A stretch of 64,000 bases of DNA from an uncultured Acidobacteriota bacterium (GTDB lineage Bacteria; Acidobacteriota; Blastocatellia; RBC074): the NCBI GenBank assembly GCA_963796275.1, contig CAWCKY010000001.1, forward strand, positions 512,001-576,000. Reading direction: 5' to 3'. Positions 57,916-64,000 of this stretch are shown here, in pieces. A model generated the notes under the pieces. The model had not been told where the DNA came from and ran no database searches. It saw only the letters and a program-made list of their open reading frames with translations. Made by a program: the position numbers and the translations under genes. Within the stretch, counting starts at the first letter, position 1, and each line of letters opens with the position of its first letter.

Positions 57916-58752
57916 TTACGAAATAATATATCGCTCGATGGCTTTCGCCACACCATCTTCTTCATTCGAAGAAGTTACAGCGAAGCCCAGGTCTTTCAGG
58001 TCTGCTTCCGCATTCGCCATTACGATGCCCAACCCGGCGTATTCCAGCATCGTCAGGTCATTATGATTATCGCCGATTGCCATGACATCCTCACGCGCAA
58101 TCCCGCGTTGATATGCGATCCGGGAAAGGCTATCACCTTTCGATGCCCGGCTGCTGACCGCATCGATGATAGTTATGTCGTATTGGGAATAGCGTGTTTT
58201 GAAGAGCCGAATACGCTCGCCCATCACTGCAAGCAACTGATCGGCAAAAAGCTCCATCTGAGCGCAGTGCCCCGAGAACATTATCTGGATGGTCGGCTCA
58301 ATGACGAAATCCAATAGATCCGGCACCTCCATCACCGAATCACGATACTTGTTCAGGTAACGTATCAGAGTTTGATTCGATTGGGATACACCCTCGACCA
58401 CTATTTTACCGAGCCCGCGCGGCTCATCGCTGCAGCAGATCATGTCTGCGCCATACTTGCGCGCCGTCAAGATGATGTCGCGCGAGGTGGCGTTATCGAG
58501 CGAATGGAGCTCGATAGTCTCAAAAGTTCTCGTATCTTTGTTCAGGGCCCCATTATGTGATATGAGAGGCACGTCGAGGCCGAACTCCTGCAAGACAAGG
58601 TAGGCCGATCCGAATCGCCGGCCGGTAACGAGCACAATATGAACCCCTTTTTCAATCGCCTCGTCAATTGCAACCCGGGTTCGTGGTGTGATCTCTCCTC
58701 GCGGCGTGAGTAGGGTACCATCGATATCTAACGCGAGTAACTTGATTGGCAT
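57916..58752 (-). CDS. Cof-type HAD-IIB hydrolase
   Basis: [23 protein letters not shown]. Confidence 0.92.
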   Translation of the reverse strand: MPIKLLALDIDGTLLTPRGEITPRTRVAIDEAIEKGVHIVLVTGRRFGSAYLVLQEFGLDVPLISHNGALNKDTRTFETIELHSLDNATSRDIILTARKYGADMICCSDEPRGLGKIVVEGVSQSNQTLIRYLNKYRDSVMEVPDLLDFVIEPTIQIMFSGHCAQMELFADQLLAVMGERIRLFKTRYSQYDITIIDAVSSRASKGDSLSRIAYQRGIAREDVMAIGDNHNDLTMLEYAGLGIVMANAEADLKDLGFAVTSSNEEDGVAKAIERYIIS

Positions 58753-58906
58753 AACTTCTCGGCCAATCTAACATCGGCATCTCGAAATTTCAAATTTTGA
58801 TTTTTCGCACCAAAGAGGCAAACAATAAATTACATTCTCCCGCCAACCGCGCTATACGGGCGTACTCAGTGGGAGAAAAGAAAATAGTGTCGCATTCGGA
58901 CTTAGA

Positions 58907-59677
58907 TTAATTCTTTTGTGAAGTTTGCTTCGTCTGTTTGGTGTTTTGGTTCGTATTCGAATTCGTATTCTGGTTCGAATTCTGGATCATCTGAGCGGAG
59001 AACTGACGCAGGGTTTGTGGAAATATCATAATCGGTTCAGGTGCGCGGGCCTTGCCGTCTACGAGTAGCTCCCGCGCGGATAGTTCTTGACCGTATACAA
59101 CCTGATTGGAACCTTTATCCTGAGTGATCACTGCACCTTTCAATTCAAGACCGGCAAATAATCCCTTACTGCGCGAATAAGAGAGAATCTTAGTGTTGAG
59201 CTGGATATCGGTGGAGAGCGTGGCATTGCGACCGACCGGTCCGGCCGCGGCCGCGGCTCCAGCTCCTACTTCGAATTTATTTTTAAGCAATCCCTGAACA
59301 CCGTCGTCATTTATAAACAGGAGCACCAGATCGACAGCTTGTCCCCCGATCTGCAGCCCGAAACTTCCGCCGCCGATGGTGAAATAGGCCGGCGCTCCCC
59401 ACGAGGCCTTATCACGCCGGCATGAGACCAGACCTTTCCCATATTGCCCGCCGAAAACGAATCCTCCCTTGATGACAGTAGGAAAGACCGCTACGCAATA
59501 AGCACGATCGAGCAGCTCCTGTGGAATCCCTTGATCGGGAGCTGACATTATTTCGCGTAATACCACTGCGGCCTTTTGCGCTCGCTCATGTGCATCAGCC
59601 TTTTTGTCCGCCCACGTTGGAGCGGGCGTATTCAAGAGAAATAGGAATCCCATAGCCAGGAGTGCAAGTTTTTTCAT
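58907..59677 (-). CDS. Secreted SYLF/Ysc84 lipid-binding domain protein
   Basis: [34 protein letters not shown]; N/Q/T-rich tail. Confidence 0.9.
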   Translation of the reverse strand: MKKLALLAMGFLFLLNTPAPTWADKKADAHERAQKAAVVLREIMSAPDQGIPQELLDRAYCVAVFPTVIKGGFVFGGQYGKGLVSCRRDKASWGAPAYFTIGGGSFGLQIGGQAVDLVLLFINDDGVQGLLKNKFEVGAGAAAAAGPVGRNATLSTDIQLNTKILSYSRSKGLFAGLELKGAVITQDKGSNQVVYGQELSARELLVDGKARAPEPIMIFPQTLRQFSAQMIQNSNQNTNSNTNQNTKQTKQTSQKN

Positions 59678-59816
59678 CGAATTTCTCCAGTCTTCTTATG
59701 TTATGTTCCTAAAATTAATATTTATCGGTTTCAAGGGGGCACCATAATATCACTATTATTTCTATTCTGAGCGATAGTGTTTTTCAAGCAGATAGAAAAT
59801 CGCTTAAGATATACTT

Positions 59817-60914
59817 ATGAACCATCCTCTTGACTCCTTCACGCTCACGCCAATGTCAGCCGGTGACATCATTGATCGTGCGGTTCGTCTCTACCGTTAT
59901 AATTTTTTCGTCCTTTTGAGGATTGTTCTTGCTCCGAGCATCGTAGCGTTTGCAGGTGGCATTCTTTATACGATCGGATTTCGCAATATCTCGCTGGTGC
60001 GCGGAGATGCGCGACTGGTCGCGACCGGCTCCATGATCGCCCTTGGAATACTGTTGATGGTCATCGGTAAAGCCGCATTTTATGCCGTGCTCGGCGGCGC
60101 CTCACGCTCGCTCGTCCATCACTACTTTGATGGTACGCCACTGCGCGCACGAGATGTTTATCAGGCAGTCCGCGAAAGGCTATGGTCAATCATCGGAGCA
60201 ACCATCATTCTCGGATTGATAGCGATCTTTATCGCCGGCGTGATCTTATTTATAGTTGGGTTTCTCTTCTCTATCTATGCCATCTTGGCTGCGTTTATGA
60301 TCCCGAGCATGCCATTCTGGCTGCAGTCAACTTCGCATGTGATCTTTGGTGTATTCTTGATTGCGCTCATTGTTATACTGGCGCTGCTATCATACAGCCG
60401 CATCGTTTATGTGCCGCAGGTTTTGATGGTTGAGGGGAGAAGCGTATTCGGTTCAATCGGACGTAGCTTTTCGCTCGCCGGCGGAGCGGTCCTACGAATT
60501 GCCGCAATCATCCTTTTCTGGTTTTACGTGGCCTGGTCGCTGTTGCTGCTCTTGATGATTCCACTCGGATGGTATGCATATTGGACGGGGGTGGATATAA
60601 GTCTGTTCACCACGGAAGGCCCGTTCTGGTACAACATCGTGCAACAGACCTTAGCCCAGCTTAGCGAAATCTTGATTGCGCCCATTGTCATGCTCGGTTT
60701 TACCCTGCTCTACCTCGACAGTCGTGTTCGAAAAGAAGGCTTTGATATCGAGTTGCTGGCCAATCGGTTTCTTTCGCCGCCTCATGAAAGGTCGCATCCT
60801 GAAATAATAATCGAATCTTCCGGCGCGCCTCTACGTCCTGATCGGTTGGAAACAGTGGAGGTGGAACAGTCGAATATCGAAGAGTCGCCCGTGACGTCAC
60901 AGCCAGCCTCGTAA
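59817..60914 (+). CDS. Multi-pass membrane protein of DUF4129/DUF4350 clusters
   Basis: PMSAGDIIDRAVRLYR, about six TMs, LLYLDSRVRKEGFDIE. Confidence 0.8.
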   Translation: MNHPLDSFTLTPMSAGDIIDRAVRLYRYNFFVLLRIVLAPSIVAFAGGILYTIGFRNISLVRGDARLVATGSMIALGILLMVIGKAAFYAVLGGASRSLVHHYFDGTPLRARDVYQAVRERLWSIIGATIILGLIAIFIAGVILFIVGFLFSIYAILAAFMIPSMPFWLQSTSHVIFGVFLIALIVILALLSYSRIVYVPQVLMVEGRSVFGSIGRSFSLAGGAVLRIAAIILFWFYVAWSLLLLLMIPLGWYAYWTGVDISLFTTEGPFWYNIVQQTLAQLSEILIAPIVMLGFTLLYLDSRVRKEGFDIELLANRFLSPPHERSHPEIIIESSGAPLRPDRLETVEVEQSNIEESPVTSQPAS

Positions 60915-60924
60915 TTGAAGCCGT

Positions 60925-61944
60925 ATGGAACATCTGCGCAATAATTTTTTCCTGTTTATATTCTTGCAGTTATTCTTCACTATCCCGGCTCCAGGCGCAC
61001 CTATTCCTTTCACAGGCTACGTGACCAGGATCGAACAGGCGCAATCCGCCGTAGGGGGATTAATCGAGAATGATAGCTCGGGAGAGAAATTGCGCAGGCA
61101 AATAGCGGCGATCAAGCGGTTCGTCCCGCCGCAGCAGGAGGTCCAATTCAAAGGTAGAGTGGTCCGCGTTGACAATTCCTGGCTGCACAATGCGATCGAC
61201 GAGGTGGCGAAGAAGCCCGGAGACGACGCCGAAGCCCGGCGAGCTGTATTGAAGGAAATATCCGACCGGTTATCTGCGCTTCAAGAAAGGTTTAGTGGCC
61301 CGCAGCGAAGCGCGAATGCCGATGACTCTGGCGTCCAATTGGATCGCATTCTCGCTCGCTCTGAGTATCGCCTGGACGAAGAACGAGACGCTACCGTCAA
61401 AAAATTTCTCAACAATCTGTGGGAAGACATACGCCGTTTGTTAAATAGATTGGTCGCTTCACCAGGCAGAGAACCGGAATTACCGGACACTGGCGGGTTA
61501 TTCCGTATCCTGCTCGTAATTATTGTGCTGGTCGCTTCTGCAACCGGCGCCCTTTATCTATCCAGCCGCCTGCGCCGCAGACGCCAACAGGAGAAAGAGA
61601 ATTATGCACGTGAGATTTTGGGCGAGCAGTTAGCCGGAGACATTACCTCAGGTGATCTCCTGGTTTCAGCGGCCGAGCTTGCGAAACAGGGCGATTATCG
61701 TACCGCGATACGACGCGTCTACATCGCGTTGCTTCTCGATCTGGAGCGGCGCGGCAAATTGCCCTTGCATCCTTCGAAAACCAACCGTGATTACCTGAAT
61801 GCCCTGCGGTCGGAGCGCTTGATCTACCCATCATTCTCTACCATGACCGGCACCTTCGAGCAGACGTGGTATGGGCAAAGAGGCGCGACCGAAGAGGAGT
61901 TCAACGGATTCGTCTCGCGCTACGATGAAGCAATAAGAAGTTGA
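60925..61944 (+). CDS. DUF4129 domain protein
   Basis: GDYRTAIRRVYIALL..KTNRDYL..FEQTWYG. Confidence 0.82.
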   Translation: MEHLRNNFFLFIFLQLFFTIPAPGAPIPFTGYVTRIEQAQSAVGGLIENDSSGEKLRRQIAAIKRFVPPQQEVQFKGRVVRVDNSWLHNAIDEVAKKPGDDAEARRAVLKEISDRLSALQERFSGPQRSANADDSGVQLDRILARSEYRLDEERDATVKKFLNNLWEDIRRLLNRLVASPGREPELPDTGGLFRILLVIIVLVASATGALYLSSRLRRRRQQEKENYAREILGEQLAGDITSGDLLVSAAELAKQGDYRTAIRRVYIALLLDLERRGKLPLHPSKTNRDYLNALRSERLIYPSFSTMTGTFEQTWYGQRGATEEEFNGFVSRYDEAIRS

Positions 61945-61990
61945 TAGCAAGGATCTGAGAATACACCCAACTATCAACTATCATTCTGTT

Positions 61991-63349
61991 ATGCGTCGTT
62001 ACCTGGGCATTATCACCGCCTCATTGATCGTTATCGGCGTGCTCGTTGCTTTGAGCGCGGCCGGAAGCATAGAGCTCGACCGGCCAGAGGAGAGCGAAAT
62101 GCAGCCGATTCGTTCAAGCTACAGTACCGGAGCAACCGGAACGCGGGCCTTTTATCAGCTGCTCGAAGAGTCAGGCCGGCCGGTCGCCCGTTGGCGGGAG
62201 AGCTATCTATCACTCCGTGAAATGGCAGGCGATGCTCTGATCATAGCCGTCGGACCGTTTCAGGACGACGTGACGCTTCCCACAAACGAAGCGGAAGCGC
62301 TCAAGGATTTCATCGCATCCGGCGGAAATGCCTTGATCATCAGTCGTTCCCCGACCAAGCAGTTGGGCGACCCTGATATCCACTCTATTTCTATTGATTC
62401 AAGCATAACGGCCAAAAATCCTCCGTGGAATGCAGCGCCCGAAATGTTGGTCGACTCCAAGAGCAATGACCTCGTCGTCCAGCCGACAGAATTGACCAAA
62501 GACCTGGCAGAACTTGCTATTTCCAAACTCGCGTCACGCCTGAATTTTAATACGTCGGTGAGGGTGCCTCGTCCAACTCCGAAGGCTGAGAGCGAATCGT
62601 CGCAATCCGATTCGATTCCCGTTGATATCGAAGTTGCGGCGGAATTGAAGCCGGGAATAAAGCCTTTTGCTCCCGTCATTCATCTAGGCGATTCGGACGG
62701 CGCGGTCCTGGCCGATTTTAAGTATGGGGATGGAAGAGTCATCTTTCTCTCAGATCCGTTCGTTATCGCCAACAATGGCATCGCTCGCGGATCGAACCTG
62801 AGGCTGGCTCTCAACCTGATCGATTCGCTCGGCGCTGGCCGCGACGCCACTAGGCGCAGGATTTACTTCGACGAGTATCATCACGGCTACCGCAGCCAGA
62901 ACAACCCGCTCGTCAATTATTTTCGCGGCACACCGATGGTCTGGTTGCTCCTACAGGGGTTGATCCTGAGCCTTTTGATTGTCTATACCTTTGGCAAGCG
63001 GTTCGCGCGGCCATTGCCGATGCCGCAGGTTGATCGCCATTCCCCGCTCGAGTTCGTCGGCTCAATGGCCAATCTGCAGCAGGTCGCGAAGGCGCGCGAC
63101 CTTGCTATCGAAAATATTTTTCCGAGATTCAAGGCTCAGCTTTGCCGCCGGATCGGACTCTCTTCACGAGCCCATCCCGAGGAGATTATTGCGGGCGTGC
63201 GCCGCCGGCATTTGCCGGTTTCCGAGATGGAGATTAGACAGGCGCTGAGCGAAAGCGAGTTGATCTTGCGCGGGGAAGAGCTGGATGATGCTCAAATGGT
63301 AAGGATCGTTGCGCGCATGCGAAATATCATGGCGAAGCTTAAACTGTAA
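61991..63349 (+). CDS. DUF4350 domain protein
   Basis: GTRAFYQLL, IYFDEYHHG, KRFARP, EFVGSMANL. Confidence 0.82.
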   Translation: MRRYLGIITASLIVIGVLVALSAAGSIELDRPEESEMQPIRSSYSTGATGTRAFYQLLEESGRPVARWRESYLSLREMAGDALIIAVGPFQDDVTLPTNEAEALKDFIASGGNALIISRSPTKQLGDPDIHSISIDSSITAKNPPWNAAPEMLVDSKSNDLVVQPTELTKDLAELAISKLASRLNFNTSVRVPRPTPKAESESSQSDSIPVDIEVAAELKPGIKPFAPVIHLGDSDGAVLADFKYGDGRVIFLSDPFVIANNGIARGSNLRLALNLIDSLGAGRDATRRRIYFDEYHHGYRSQNNPLVNYFRGTPMVWLLLQGLILSLLIVYTFGKRFARPLPMPQVDRHSPLEFVGSMANLQQVAKARDLAIENIFPRFKAQLCRRIGLSSRAHPEEIIAGVRRRHLPVSEMEIRQALSESELILRGEELDDAQMVRIVARMRNIMAKLKL

Positions 63350-63366
63350 GCGTCATCGAAGCATTT

Positions 63367-63603
63367 TTATACTTTCTCGCCGCGCGCGCGCATATCAGCG
63401 AGCACTCTTTCAATGCCTAATTTATCGATGGTCTTGATCCCGCGCGCCGTGACGCGTAATCGCACCCAGCGGCCCTCGCTCGGCACCCAGAAACGGTGAT
63501 TCTGCAAATTCGGCTCGAAGCGGCGTTTCGTTTTGTTGTTTGCGTGCGAAACGTTGTTACCGGACATGGGCTTCTTGCCCGTCACCTGGCATCTTTTTGC
63601 CAC
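63367..63603 (-). CDS. rpmB: 50S ribosomal protein L28
   Basis: [29 protein letters not shown]; GTG start with AGGAGG RBS. Confidence 0.97.
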   Translation of the reverse strand: MAKRCQVTGKKPMSGNNVSHANNKTKRRFEPNLQNHRFWVPSEGRWVRLRVTARGIKTIDKLGIERVLADMRARGEKV

Positions 63604-63688
63604 TGTAATTTCCTCCTAAGTATCTTTGCATTACCGCGAAGCCTGAAAAAATAGCACAAAATAACATCGTTACGCCAGCGGATTTCGT

Positions 63689-64000
63689 TTACTTTTCGGC
63701 CTGCAGGCGGATATAGCTCAAAAGACAGCCGAAATGACCGAACCTCGCGAACCAAATCTTCTTTTCCTGCCAGTTTAGCTCTTCGGCAATTACCCTGAGT
63801 AGTTCTGATCCTGCGATCAGCTGCTGAGTCGATAAGGCGTTTCTCAACTCCACCAGATCCTTTTCCACCTCCTGGCGCACCTTTCGTTCGCTGATCCCCG
63901 AGAGGTCGGGGTTCAGCAGGGTTTGTGGATTTCGCGATGCTTGAGTCGCGAATGCCGAAATGTCCTTCATCGTGATCGGGACAAAAGTCTGTCGCTCCGC
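63689..64000 (-). CDS. 3' end of a hypothetical protein running off the window edge
   Basis: Open frame with protein-like composition; family not recognised. Confidence 0.5.
   Translation of the reverse strand, partial: AERQTFVPITMKDISAFATQASRNPQTLLNPDLSGISERKVRQEVEKDLVELRNALSTQQLIAGSELLRVIAEELNWQEKKIWFARFGHFGCLLSYIRLQAEK

Noticed and set aside
63367-63680. L28 without a full zinc ribbon as a Zur-regulated paralogue (TAAC-ATC-GTTA upstream)
   Set aside because: The motif is short and a poor Zur match; no second copy or zinc genes in the window.

Overview
Bacterial chromosomal window, most likely Acidobacteriota (Blastocatellia-like). This is inferred from the Oar-type TonB-dependent receptors, the GWxTD protein and the gene content. 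1-16 kb: a decaying polysaccharide-utilisation locus. It has an intact alginate-lyase-family gene, GH88 and L-fuconate dehydratase, plus deletion remnants of GH36, GH129-like, GH29 and TonB-receptor genes, and FadR-type operators in its divergent promoter. 16-39 kb: mixed housekeeping genes (fused 2-oxo-acid dehydrogenase E1, phhB, cyoE, nitrilase, thyA-folA, glgP), an intact IS630, an mqnA-cofD-cofC operon, a Lol/MacB-like envelope cluster and a GWxTD protein. 39.5-40 kb: an unannotated ~440-490 nt highly structured plus-strand RNA between two terminators, containing a 6S-like arm (top finding). 40-64 kb: ftsH, tilS, an M1 peptidase, a sirtuin, an Lrp-linked phenylalanine/tyrosine catabolic operon in which an uncharacterised gene sits where the maleylacetoacetate isomerase is missing, DUF4129/DUF4350 genes and rpmB. 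Five single-base frameshifts in otherwise intact genes may be assembly errors. Protein calls come from motif recognition and RNA folds from manual pairing; no searches or folding programs were run.
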